From Burkholderiales bacterium (GTDB lineage: Bacteria; Pseudomonadota; Gammaproteobacteria; Burkholderiales; SG8-39), in contig DATBLP010000054.1 of NCBI GenBank assembly GCA_036555245.1, forward strand, positions 54,406 to 118,405: DNA of 64,000 nt, written 5' to 3'. This document shows, one piece after another, positions 9,436-17,860 of the stretch. Numbering within the stretch: the first letter of the stretch is position 1; each line of letters starts with the position of its first letter. The notes beneath the pieces were generated by a model. That model had not been told where the DNA came from, did no database searches, and was given only the letters and a program-made list of their open reading frames with translations. Both the position numbers and the translations under genes were made by a program.

Positions 9436-10101
9436 TCACTGTTTCCTCGCGTACTTTGCGAGGAAGGCGTTGATCTCCTCGAGTTTGAGCTGGGGCTCCC
9501 GCGCGTCGGGTTGAGTCCCCACGACCCGATTCATCCATTCCATGTTCCTCTCCATGCGCGCAACCACCGCGGGCCACTCGGAGGCCGTGTGACGCTTCGG
9601 ATCGGGCAGCACATGACATTGCTGGCAGGCGAGCTTGAACGACTGGCCCTCGGGCAGGTTCACTGCGGGATATTTTTCCGGGTCGAGGGGCCGTTGCCCG
9701 TGCTTGCGCAAGTATGCGAGCAGGACTTCCGCCTCGGAAACGCTCGGCGCCTGCACGCCAGCCATCATGTCTTGCATGAGGTCGCCCATGTTGCCCCTAC
9801 CCCTCATCCGCACTACCATGCGCTCGAAAATTGCTGGCCATTTCTCCGACTGATGCATGGCCGGATTGGGCAGATTGTGGCATTGCACGCAGTACTGCAC
9901 AGCAAGCCGCGCCCCGCGCGACGCAGGCTCGGGCAACTGACGCGAAGCGAAAGTGGGTGGGAGAATGCGCTCCAGCATTGGCCCGTGCGGGCTTTCGGCC
10001 CAGCGCTTCTTCGCCTGCGCAACGAGTTGGGCCGCATCCTGCGCGCTTGCCGCAGCGGCAAGAACCAAGAAGACCACCGGCACCAAAGCAGCGGGCCGCA
10101 T
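9436..10101 (-). CDS. Periplasmic dihaem c-type cytochrome (internally duplicated)
   Basis: Signal peptide present. Two CxxCH sites ('CVQCH', 'CQQCH') sit in repeated modules of the form C.QCH.LP.P..H...EWPA...RM...M. Confidence 0.75.
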   Translation of the reverse strand: MRPAALVPVVFLVLAAAASAQDAAQLVAQAKKRWAESPHGPMLERILPPTFASRQLPEPASRGARLAVQYCVQCHNLPNPAMHQSEKWPAIFERMVVRMRGRGNMGDLMQDMMAGVQAPSVSEAEVLLAYLRKHGQRPLDPEKYPAVNLPEGQSFKLACQQCHVLPDPKRHTASEWPAVVARMERNMEWMNRVVGTQPDAREPQLKLEEINAFLAKYARKQ

Positions 10102-10152
10102 GCCGCGATTATACCGGCCGAGACAATTCCACCGTGGCGCTGAGCCCCGCCA

Positions 10153-10380
10153 TTACTTCTTTGCCGCGCCGGCGGCCTCCTTTTCCATCATCGCTTTCAG
10201 CTCGCGCGCCTTCTTTTCCGCGGCCTTCCTGACATCGCCCTTCTTCATGGTGTTCTTCTTCATTTCGCCGCGCATGGGTTCGTCCATTTTCATCGGCTTT
10301 CCAGAGGGCGCATCCGCAGGGTAGGCGCTGGCGCTGGCGGCGAGTCCCGCGATCGCTATGATGGCGCGGATCGGTCCCAT
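10153..10380 (-). CDS. Small secreted Met/Lys-rich protein (MXKDX-repeat-like)
   Basis: 75 aa. The signal peptide ends at 'ASA'. The mature 56 aa contain 7 Met and 13 Lys ('PMKMDEPMRGEMKKNTMKK..KAMMEKE'). The gene is tightly linked (4 nt) to the upstream Mo-enzyme gene. Confidence 0.6.
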   Translation of the reverse strand: MGPIRAIIAIAGLAASASAYPADAPSGKPMKMDEPMRGEMKKNTMKKGDVRKAAEKKARELKAMMEKEAAGAAKK

Positions 10381-10384
10381 GTCC

Positions 10385-11143
10385 TCAGCTGCCGCTGAAC
10401 CAGTTGTAGCCCTGGTCTTCCCAGTACCCGCCGGGATATTCGTTGGTAACGAACATCGCCATGATGTGCTTCGGATTCTTGAAGCCGAGTTTCGTTGGAA
10501 TGCGCAGCTTCATTGGAAAGCCGTACTTGGGCGGAAGAATTTCGTCGGCATAGCGGAAGGTGAGAAGCGTCTGCGGGTGAAGCGCCGTAGCCATATCGAT
10601 GCTCGTATAGTAATCGTCCGCGCACTCGAAGCCGACGTATTTCGCCGTGGTATCGGCGCCGATCCGCTCGAGAAAGGTCGAAAAGCGCACGCCGCTCCAC
10701 TTGCCGATTGCGCTCCAGCCCTCGACGCAGATGTGGCGAGTGATCTGGGAAGTCTGCGGCAGCGCATACAGCTCTGGCAGCGTCCAGGGCTTCTTTTCGC
10801 GCACCAGACCCTCGATTTCCATCTTGTAGCTCTTGCCGTCAACGAGGGTCACTTCGTCCTCGCCGTAGAAAGCGTTGAAGGGAAAGGGTCTGGTGATTGC
10901 GCTCTCCGGAAACTCCGGCGCAAGCTTGTTCGAACTGAACAGCCAGCTTTGAACTCTGTCGTTCCAGCGCGACATGCCGGTGAGGAGTCTTTGCACGCCT
11001 TCATCGTCGGTCAGGTCGCATCCTGAGAGAAGCGCGAGCGCGCCGAGGGACAAGCCCTGCCTCAGGAAGAGCCGTCGCTCGATGGAGCGAATGAGCCTCG
11101 GCGACTGATGAGCAAGGCTCGTTTCCATGGCGCGTTTCTTCAT
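10385..11143 (-). CDS. Molybdopterin-dependent oxidoreductase, sulfite-oxidase fold (MsrP/YedY-related), Tat-exported
   Basis: Twin-arginine signal 'RRLFLRQG' followed by 'LLSGC'. 'HICVEGWSAIGKWSGV' holds the Mo-ligand Cys region. Start set at the ATG (11143) that forms an ATGA overlap with the upstream cytochrome b gene. Confidence 0.85.
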   Translation of the reverse strand: MKKRAMETSLAHQSPRLIRSIERRLFLRQGLSLGALALLSGCDLTDDEGVQRLLTGMSRWNDRVQSWLFSSNKLAPEFPESAITRPFPFNAFYGEDEVTLVDGKSYKMEIEGLVREKKPWTLPELYALPQTSQITRHICVEGWSAIGKWSGVRFSTFLERIGADTTAKYVGFECADDYYTSIDMATALHPQTLLTFRYADEILPPKYGFPMKLRIPTKLGFKNPKHIMAMFVTNEYPGGYWEDQGYNWFSGS

Positions 11144-11769
11144 GAGGTCCTCCTGACTCGGCCCGTGATCATGGTCGGCAATGTGCGCGGGACGAAGATC
11201 GCCATGACTATGTGAACGAGGACGATGAGCACCGTCAGCGCCATGGCGCCAAAATGCAGGAAGCGTGCGCCCTCGTACCCGCCCATTGCCGAGGCGATTT
11301 CCTGGAACTGCACCGGCTTCCATATCGCAAGCCCCGAGAATACGAGGACGACGAGACACAAGATGATGGCGAGGTAAGCCGCGCGCTGCGCCGCGTTGTA
11401 GACGCTCAGATCCTCATGCGCGAGTCTGCCGCGCAGCGCCTCCAGCACGTCGTGCAACACTGCGCGCGGCGTGAGCGGAAAGAGCTTTCGGCGGAAATGT
11501 CCCGAGAATATCCCGTAGCTCACGTAGACGATGCCGTTTAGCACGAGGAGCCACATCGCGGCGAAATGCCATTGCAGGGCGCCGGCCAGCCAGCCGCCGA
11601 GCGTGAGCTCGTTCGGAAACCGGAACGGAAAGAGCGGCGAGGCGTTGTAGATACGCCAGCCGCTGGCGACCATGACGAGAATCGCGAGCGCGTTGATCCA
11701 ATGTGTGACGCGCACGACCAAGGGATGGACTTTCACCCATTCTGCGTGCTGCCCTTGCGCTGCGTCCAT
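11140..11769 (-). CDS. Membrane cytochrome b (cytochrome b561 / Ni-hydrogenase b-type family)
   Basis: Four predicted TM helices with conserved His ('VTHWINA', 'LQWHFAA', 'FLHFGA', 'VLVHIVMA'). AAGGAG SD before the ATG at 11769. Confidence 0.8.
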   Translation of the reverse strand: MDAAQGQHAEWVKVHPLVVRVTHWINALAILVMVASGWRIYNASPLFPFRFPNELTLGGWLAGALQWHFAAMWLLVLNGIVYVSYGIFSGHFRRKLFPLTPRAVLHDVLEALRGRLAHEDLSVYNAAQRAAYLAIILCLVVLVFSGLAIWKPVQFQEIASAMGGYEGARFLHFGAMALTVLIVLVHIVMAIFVPRTLPTMITGRVRRTS

Positions 11770-11827
11770 CGAGTCTCCTTGGTGCGCTGCTGCCGACCCG
11801 CCTTGGTCGGCAAACACAGGCTACACC

Positions 11828-12973
11828 TTACAGCGCCTGCCGGCGGTCCCCTTCGCTGAATCCGAGGAGCGGACCAGGGAATCCCCGGCCAAGCGCGATC
11901 ACTTTGAATAGCTCCCCCATCTCGGCGGCGCTCATGAGCCGGTTCGCCTGGTTCGCGAGCGGCAGAAACCTAGCGCCGTCCTCGGCAGGCGTTCTGGACA
12001 TGATCTGCGTAATCCCGCAATTGACGAGGAACTGGGCCTGGCCGGTGTAACCGAGCAGATCCAGCCCGCTTTCCCGGGCTGTGCGGGCGATTGCACTGAA
12101 ATCGACATGGCAGGTGATGTCCTGCAGTCCCGGCGCGAAGAAAGGATCGGGGTGGGCGTGATGGCGGTAGTGGCACATGAGGGTGCCGTCCTTCCGCTGC
12201 GCGTGGTAATACTCTTTGGCAGGAAAGCCGTAATCGATGAAGAGGGCCACGCCCCTCTCCAGGATCTGCGCGAGGCTGCGAATGAAGCCGAGCGCGGCGA
12301 GTTGGATTTCCGTGCAAAAGCCTTCCGGAAGATCCAGAGCCCGTGCAGCTGCAAGCGGTTCACCCGAGGCGATTCGCCAGGACCAGTCGAGCCGGTCGCT
12401 GCGGACGCCCACGCCGGCTTCCTCGATTCTTCCGCCTTCGACCCGCACCACGGTGGCAGGCATCGCGTCGAGGACTTCGTTGCCGAGCACGACTCCCGAG
12501 AACGCAGGCGGTAGGCGGTTCAGCCACGCGACGCGCTCGAGAAGGTGGGGGACTCTCGCCGCGAGGGTATCACGGCTGCGCTCACGCAGGTCGGCGGAAA
12601 GTTCGAGAATGAGATAGTTACGCGGCACGCGGCCCGAGCGCTCCAGCTCCTCTAGCAACGTGGCCGCGAGCGCGCCGCTGCCGGCGCCCACTTCGAGCAC
12701 CTCGTCAAAGCCGGATTCGAGTATCTGGTTGACCTGACGCGCGAGCGTCTGGCCGTAGAGCGGCGAAATCTCCGGCGCCGTGACGAAATCTCCCGCCTTT
12801 CCGAGCTTGCGACTCCCGGCGCTGTAGTAGCCGAGTCCCGGTGCGTACAAAGCAAGCTCCATATAGCGAGCAAAGCTTATCCAGCCGCCGTTTGCCGTGA
12901 TTTGTTCGCGAATGTGCGTGACCACCCGGTCGCTGTGAGCGCGTGCCTCGGGCGTGGGTTCGGGTAGCGGCAT
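11828..12973 (-). CDS. Class I SAM-dependent methyltransferase, DUF185 / MidA-NDUFAF7 family
   Basis: '[26 protein letters not shown]' and '[12 protein letters not shown]' are typical of this family. Confidence 0.8.
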   Translation of the reverse strand: MPLPEPTPEARAHSDRVVTHIREQITANGGWISFARYMELALYAPGLGYYSAGSRKLGKAGDFVTAPEISPLYGQTLARQVNQILESGFDEVLEVGAGSGALAATLLEELERSGRVPRNYLILELSADLRERSRDTLAARVPHLLERVAWLNRLPPAFSGVVLGNEVLDAMPATVVRVEGGRIEEAGVGVRSDRLDWSWRIASGEPLAAARALDLPEGFCTEIQLAALGFIRSLAQILERGVALFIDYGFPAKEYYHAQRKDGTLMCHYRHHAHPDPFFAPGLQDITCHVDFSAIARTARESGLDLLGYTGQAQFLVNCGITQIMSRTPAEDGARFLPLANQANRLMSAAEMGELFKVIALGRGFPGPLLGFSEGDRRQAL

Positions 12974-13012
12974 GGAAAGCTGGGGAGGAGTATTCCGGTA
13001 TCATTCTAGGTC

Positions 13013-13762
13013 ATGTCAGAAGCGCTTTCAGGAAAAGTTGTGCTCATCACCGGAGGCGTCAAGCGCGTCGGTGCGGCGATCGCGCGCCGTCTGCACAGCC
13101 AGGGTGCGAAGGTCATGCTGCACTACCGGAGCTCGGAACGCGAAGCGAATGCTTTGCGGACCGAGCTGAATGCGCAACGCGACAATTCCGTCGCTCTCGT
13201 GCAGGCCGATCTGCTCGATCTCGCGGGACCGTCCGAGATTGTGAAGAACACCCTCAGCCGCTTCGACAGGCTGGATGCGCTCGTGAACAACGCCTCCGCT
13301 TTCTTTCCCACTCCAGTGGGCGAAATGACACTAGCGAACTGGGAGAGCCTCATTGGAGCCAATCTGCGCGCCCCACTTTTCCTTTCTCAGGCCGCCGCAC
13401 CACACCTGAGAAGGTGGGGCGGCACGATCGTCAACATTACCGACATTCATGCCGAACGGCCGCTCAAGAACTATGTCATCTACTCGGTGGCCAAGGCAGG
13501 ACTCGCGGGCCTCACGCGCTCGCTCGCGCGCGAGCTCGCGCCCGAGGTGCGCGTCAACGGCGTTGCGCCCGGTGCCATTGTTTGGCCCGAGGACGGCTCG
13601 TGGGACGAAGTCACGCGCCAGCGCATCGTGTCGCATACTTTGCTCAAGCGAACGGGCGATCCCGACGACGTCGCGCGCGCCGTGTATTATTTGATTGCAG
13701 AAGCGCCGTATGTGACGGGGCAGATCATCGCCGTGGATGGCGGCAGGAGCATCAACCTGTGA
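13013..13762 (+). CDS. Short-chain dehydrogenase/reductase, pteridine reductase-like
   Basis: '[15 protein letters not shown]' cofactor motif, 'NNAS', and the 'YSVAKAGL' catalytic Y-x3-K. Confidence 0.8.
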   Translation: MSEALSGKVVLITGGVKRVGAAIARRLHSQGAKVMLHYRSSEREANALRTELNAQRDNSVALVQADLLDLAGPSEIVKNTLSRFDRLDALVNNASAFFPTPVGEMTLANWESLIGANLRAPLFLSQAAAPHLRRWGGTIVNITDIHAERPLKNYVIYSVAKAGLAGLTRSLARELAPEVRVNGVAPGAIVWPEDGSWDEVTRQRIVSHTLLKRTGDPDDVARAVYYLIAEAPYVTGQIIAVDGGRSINL

Positions 13763-14613
13763 ATGCACCAGAAAGAATCCAGCTCTCTCGTAAGCAGCAA
13801 TTCGAAGCGGGCAAGCTCGAAAAGCGGTTGTGCCGTCTCGCCGGCGAAGCGATCGGCGACTACGGCATGATCTCACCTGGAGACCGTGTCATGGCGTGCC
13901 TGTCGGGCGGCAAGGACAGCTACGCCATGCTCGACGTTCTCATGAAGCTGCGCCAGCGCGCGCCGGTGGAATTCGAGATCTTTGCAGTCAATCTGGATCA
14001 GCGCCACCCGGGTTACCCGGAGCACGTGCTGCCCGACTATCTGAAGTCCCTAGGCGTCCCGTTCCGCATCGAGGTGCAGGATACCTATTCCGTCGTAAAG
14101 CGCATCGTTCCGCAGGGGGAAACCATGTGCGGGCTGTGTTCGCGCCTGCGCCGCGGCGTGCTTTATCGGGTCGCGCGCGAGATCGGTGCGACGAAGATCG
14201 CGCTCGGGCACCACCGCGACGACATCCTTGAGACCTTCTTCCTCAATCTCTTCTTCGGCGGCAAGATGAAAGCGATGTCGCCGAAGCTCCAATCCGACGA
14301 CGGTAAGCATATAGTCATCCGCCCGCTCGCTTACGTCGCCGAGAGCGATCTCGAGACCTATGCCGAGATCCGGAAATTCCCGATCATCCCCTGCGACCTG
14401 TGCGGCTCGCAGCCGACTCTGCAGCGGAAGCAGGTGAAAAGAATGCTCGCCGAGTGGGAGAAGCGCAATCCCGGGAGGCTAGAGTCGATGTTCCGCGCGC
14501 TCTCCGACATCGTGCCCTCGCATCTCATGGACCGAAAGCTCTTCGATTTCGCCGGGGTACGCGCTTTCGGGAAAGCGCAGGACGATGGGGACAAGGCTTT
14601 CGATCAGCAATAG
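13759..14613 (+). CDS. ttcA: tRNA 2-thiocytidine(32) synthetase
   Basis: PP-loop 'CLSGGKDS', '[10 protein letters not shown]' and 'CDLCGSQ'. GTG start with a GTGA overlap onto the preceding stop. The longer track ORF from 12943 is an off-target extension. Confidence 0.9.
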   Translation: MNAPERIQLSRKQQFEAGKLEKRLCRLAGEAIGDYGMISPGDRVMACLSGGKDSYAMLDVLMKLRQRAPVEFEIFAVNLDQRHPGYPEHVLPDYLKSLGVPFRIEVQDTYSVVKRIVPQGETMCGLCSRLRRGVLYRVAREIGATKIALGHHRDDILETFFLNLFFGGKMKAMSPKLQSDDGKHIVIRPLAYVAESDLETYAEIRKFPIIPCDLCGSQPTLQRKQVKRMLAEWEKRNPGRLESMFRALSDIVPSHLMDRKLFDFAGVRAFGKAQDDGDKAFDQQ

Positions 14614-14621
14614 CACCCCAC

Positions 14622-15452
14622 ATGAGACTTCGAGCCCGCATCGCCGCCTTTGTGATCGCCTTGGGCATCGCTGCGCTCGCGCTTGCGCTGGTCAGCTGCG
14701 TGACCGCGCAGGACTGGCGCACAGCGAGCCAGGAGCCCGTCGGCCTCGCCCCCGATCCGGCCGTCACTCCCGAGCCGATCGTGCAAGTCTATGCGGCCCG
14801 CGTCATAGGCTGGCGTGGCGTTTTCGGCGTGCACACTTGGATCGCCATGAAGCGCGCCGCGGCCCCGGAGTACACGGTGTACGAAGTCATCGGCTGGCGG
14901 CTACGCTGGCAGGACACGGCCCTCGTGGTCCGACATCGGGCACCCGACGCGCGCTGGTTCGGAAGCGCACCGGAACTGATCGCAGAAAAGCGCGGGACCG
15001 GAGTCGAGGAGCTGATCGCACGCATCGACGCGGCCGCACGCAGCTACCCCTGGGCCGGCGAATACACCACGTGGCCTGGACCGAACTCCAATACCTTCAC
15101 AGCCTGGGTGCTGCGGGCAGTGCCTGAGCTCGGAGCCGATTTGCCGCCGACCGCAATCGGCAAGGATTACTTCGGGACGAAAGTCTTTGCCTCGGCGCCG
15201 AGCGGGCGCGGGTTCCAGTTTTCCCTATTCGGACTTGCGGGACTGACAGCCAGCGGCGTGGAAGGTCTAGAGATCAATCTGCTCGGGCTCACCTTTGGAC
15301 TGAATCCCTTTGATCCCGCGCTCAAGCTTCCGCTCGTGGGACGGCTTGGGGCGGCACGCCCGGCCGCCAAGGCGCTCGACCCGGGAGTCGATCAGGCAGG
15401 AGCAGCCCGGGCGAGAGTGAGCGGGAGCCCCGCCGCGGCACCTGCGCTCTAG
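14622..15452 (+). CDS. DUF3750-family protein (probable lipoprotein)
   Basis: Signal/lipobox 'LALVSC'. 'VFGVHTWIAMK...YTVYEVIGW' and 'YTTWPGPNSNTFTAWV' match my recollection of DUF3750. Start at the internal ATG 14622. Confidence 0.6.
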   Translation: MRLRARIAAFVIALGIAALALALVSCVTAQDWRTASQEPVGLAPDPAVTPEPIVQVYAARVIGWRGVFGVHTWIAMKRAAAPEYTVYEVIGWRLRWQDTALVVRHRAPDARWFGSAPELIAEKRGTGVEELIARIDAAARSYPWAGEYTTWPGPNSNTFTAWVLRAVPELGADLPPTAIGKDYFGTKVFASAPSGRGFQFSLFGLAGLTASGVEGLEINLLGLTFGLNPFDPALKLPLVGRLGAARPAAKALDPGVDQAGAARARVSGSPAAAPAL

Positions 15453-15562
15453 CGACTTCGGCGACAGGGATTTCACTTTAAGCGGACGGATCCCAAGTAG
15501 TTTGATGCTCTGTATTCCTTTTCTTGTCAAACTCGGATTGACATGCTAGGCTTTGCTCCGCT

Positions 15563-15826
15563 ATGAATTGCGCAGAACGCCTCGTATCGATCTTTGGCAG
15601 CCAAGCCGAAGTCGCGCGCGCGTTCCGGCTTGACCGCGCCGTCGTCAATAACTGGGTCAAGTCCGGGTATGTGCCGGCGCGCTGGGCCGCCGAGGTCGAA
15701 CGCGTCACCAACGGCGGCATCCACGCGGTGGAAGTACTTAACGAGGCCTCGGCCAAGAAGCCGGTAAAGGTCAAATCGCGTCCCGACGATCATCTGTTCG
15801 GGTCGCCTCTTTCGGGAAAGGAAGCC
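15563..15826 (+). other. Cro/YdaS-like HTH module plus linker, in frame with and not separated by a stop from the downstream aminotransferase
   Basis: 'FGSQAEVARAFRLDRAVVNNWVKSGYVPARWAAEVERVTNGG' matches the YdaS/Cro HTH pattern. Junction codons 15722-15829 were translated by hand and contain no stop. Confidence 0.55.
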
Positions 15827-17074
15827 ATGAACAATTTCGCACCCGCCAAACGCATCAGCTCGTTTCACCCGCCGCAGAGAACGCTCATGGGTCCCGGCCC
15901 GACCGAGATCCATCCGAGGGTGCTGACGACCATGAGCCAGCCGGCAATCGGGTACCTCGATCCCGTTTTCGTCGAGATGATGGAAGAGCTGAAAGCGCTC
16001 CTGCGTTACGTGTACCAGACCAAGAACCCCCTTACCTTCCCGGTCTCGGGACCCGGCTCGGTCGGCATGGAGTACTGCTTCGTCAACCTGGTCGCGCCCG
16101 GCGACAAGGTGATCGTATGCAGGAACGGCGTGTTTGGCGGCCGCATGATCGAGAACGTCGAGCGCTGCGGCGGCAAGGCCGTGATCGTCGAGGACGAGTG
16201 GGGCTCTCCGGTCGATCCGAACAAGCTCGAGGATGCGCTCAAGAAGAACCGCGACGCGCGCGTCGTGGCATTCGTGCACGGCGAGACCTCCACCGGCGTG
16301 CAATCGGACGCGAAGACGCTCGTCCAAGCCGCCCACAAGCATGACGCGATTGCGATCGTGGACGCGGTGACCACGCTCGGCGGATCGCCCGTGCTCGTGG
16401 ACGAATGGGAGATCGACGCCATCTACTCGGCAAGCCAGAAATGCCTCTCCTGCACGCCGGGCCTCTCGCCCGTTTCCTTCTCGGAGCGCGTCGTGGATTA
16501 CGTGAAGGCCCGCAAGGACAAGATCCACTCCTGGTTCATGGACATGAACCTGCTGCTCGGCTACTGGGGAGCGACGACGCGCACCTACCACCATACTGCG
16601 CCGACCAACTCGCTTTTCGGCCTGCACGAGGCGCTGCTATTGCTGCGCGAGGAGGGCATGGAGAACGCGTGGGCGCGCCACCAGCGCCATCACAATGCGC
16701 TTAAGGCGGGCCTGGAAGCGATGGGCCTCCGGTTCCTCGTAGACGAGAAGTACCAGCTGCCTCAGATGAACGCGGTGCGCTGCCCCGAAGGCGTCAACGA
16801 GGCCGAGGTGCGCAAGCGGCTCTTGAACGAGTTCAGCATCGAAATCGGCGCCGGGCTTGGCCCGCTCGCGGGGAAGATCTGGCGCATCGGCATCATGGGC
16901 TACTCCTGCCGGCCGGACAACGTGATGCTGTGCTTGTCGGCACTGGGCTCGGTGCTCTCCGACCTTGGCATGAGGATCCATGTCGGCGATGCGGAAGCCG
17001 CGGCGCACAGTGCTTACGCCTCGATGCACGCCAAGGCCGCGCAGCAAAAGCAGAAAAGCCGCGCCGCGGCCTGA
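15827..17074 (+). CDS. Class-V PLP aminotransferase (serine--glyoxylate / alanine--glyoxylate type); the ORF is open upstream to 15563
   Basis: 'LMGPGPTEIHPRV', 'HGETSTGV' and 'SASQKCL' (PLP Lys) are present. A strong SD (GGAAAGGAAG) sits immediately before the ATG at 15827. Confidence 0.9.
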   Translation: MNNFAPAKRISSFHPPQRTLMGPGPTEIHPRVLTTMSQPAIGYLDPVFVEMMEELKALLRYVYQTKNPLTFPVSGPGSVGMEYCFVNLVAPGDKVIVCRNGVFGGRMIENVERCGGKAVIVEDEWGSPVDPNKLEDALKKNRDARVVAFVHGETSTGVQSDAKTLVQAAHKHDAIAIVDAVTTLGGSPVLVDEWEIDAIYSASQKCLSCTPGLSPVSFSERVVDYVKARKDKIHSWFMDMNLLLGYWGATTRTYHHTAPTNSLFGLHEALLLLREEGMENAWARHQRHHNALKAGLEAMGLRFLVDEKYQLPQMNAVRCPEGVNEAEVRKRLLNEFSIEIGAGLGPLAGKIWRIGIMGYSCRPDNVMLCLSALGSVLSDLGMRIHVGDAEAAAHSAYASMHAKAAQQKQKSRAAA

Positions 17075-17100
17075 CGTAACCCTCTCTGTTGCAGGGTCTT

Positions 17101-17134
17101 GCAAGCCCGCTCGATGCGGGCTTGCGCTTTGTTG
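17101..17134 (+). terminator. Rho-independent terminator after the aminotransferase
   Basis: Perfect 10-bp stem GCAAGCCCGC-TCGAT-GCGGGCTTGC followed by GCTTTGTTG. Confidence 0.7.
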
Positions 17135-17168
17135 AGCGATCGCTCATAATGATTGAGCAATCGCTCAA
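17132..17168. promoter_or_regulatory. Tandem palindromic operator-like sites upstream of the TetR gene
   Basis: TTGAGCGATCGCTCA (perfect palindromic core) and TTGAGCAATCGCTCAA (one mismatch pair) lie 6 nt apart, just upstream of the tetR-family gene and efflux operon. Confidence 0.6.
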
Positions 17169-17194
17169 TCCCCAGATCACCTCCACGGTTCTGC

Positions 17195-17860
17195 ATGGCC
17201 CGGCCCGCCGCTTCCCACGTCACTTCCCGTTCCTCATCGGGCGATCAGAAGGAACGGTTGATCTCGGCCACCGAGCAGCTGCTGTGCTCGCGGGGTTTGG
17301 CGTGTGTCACAACGCGTGATATTGCGCGCGCAGCCAAGGTCGCTGAGGGCGCGCTCTATCACCATTTCGGCGACAAGGCCGAGCTGATCCTCGAGGTCGT
17401 GCTACACGGAGTCGGCGAGTTCCGGGAGGTGCTGGACAGTCTGCCCTTGCAGGTCGGGCAGAATACCGTGCAGAAGAATCTCGAACGCGTGCTGGAGAGC
17501 GCGTTTCACTTCCATCACCGTGTCGCCTCGCTGATGTGCTCGCTTTTCGCCGACCAGCAGCTCCTTGCGCGCGTGCGCGGCATCATGAACGAACGCTGTA
17601 TCGGGCCAGGGCGCACTACGTCGACCCTCGCCGCGTATCTGCGCGCTGAGCAACGGCTGGGGCGCGTATCGGAGGACGCCCTGACCGAGCCGGCGGCCGA
17701 GCTTCTGCTCGCCGCAAGCTTCAACAGGGCCTTGCATGACCATTTCTACGGGATAAGGGACGAGCTTAGGGTGCGCCGCTGTCTGAGGGACGCCGTCCGG
17801 GCACTGCTTGCAGGTCTCGGCCCGGAGAGCGCGCGGACAAGAGGAAAGGAAAAACGATGA
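17195..17860 (+). CDS. TetR/AcrR-family transcriptional repressor
   Basis: N-terminal HTH 'TTRDIARAAKVAEGALYHHFGDK'. I chose the ATG at 17195 because the TTG at 17153 lies inside the operator. Confidence 0.85.
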   Translation: MARPAASHVTSRSSSGDQKERLISATEQLLCSRGLACVTTRDIARAAKVAEGALYHHFGDKAELILEVVLHGVGEFREVLDSLPLQVGQNTVQKNLERVLESAFHFHHRVASLMCSLFADQQLLARVRGIMNERCIGPGRTTSTLAAYLRAEQRLGRVSEDALTEPAAELLLAASFNRALHDHFYGIRDELRVRRCLRDAVRALLAGLGPESARTRGKEKR

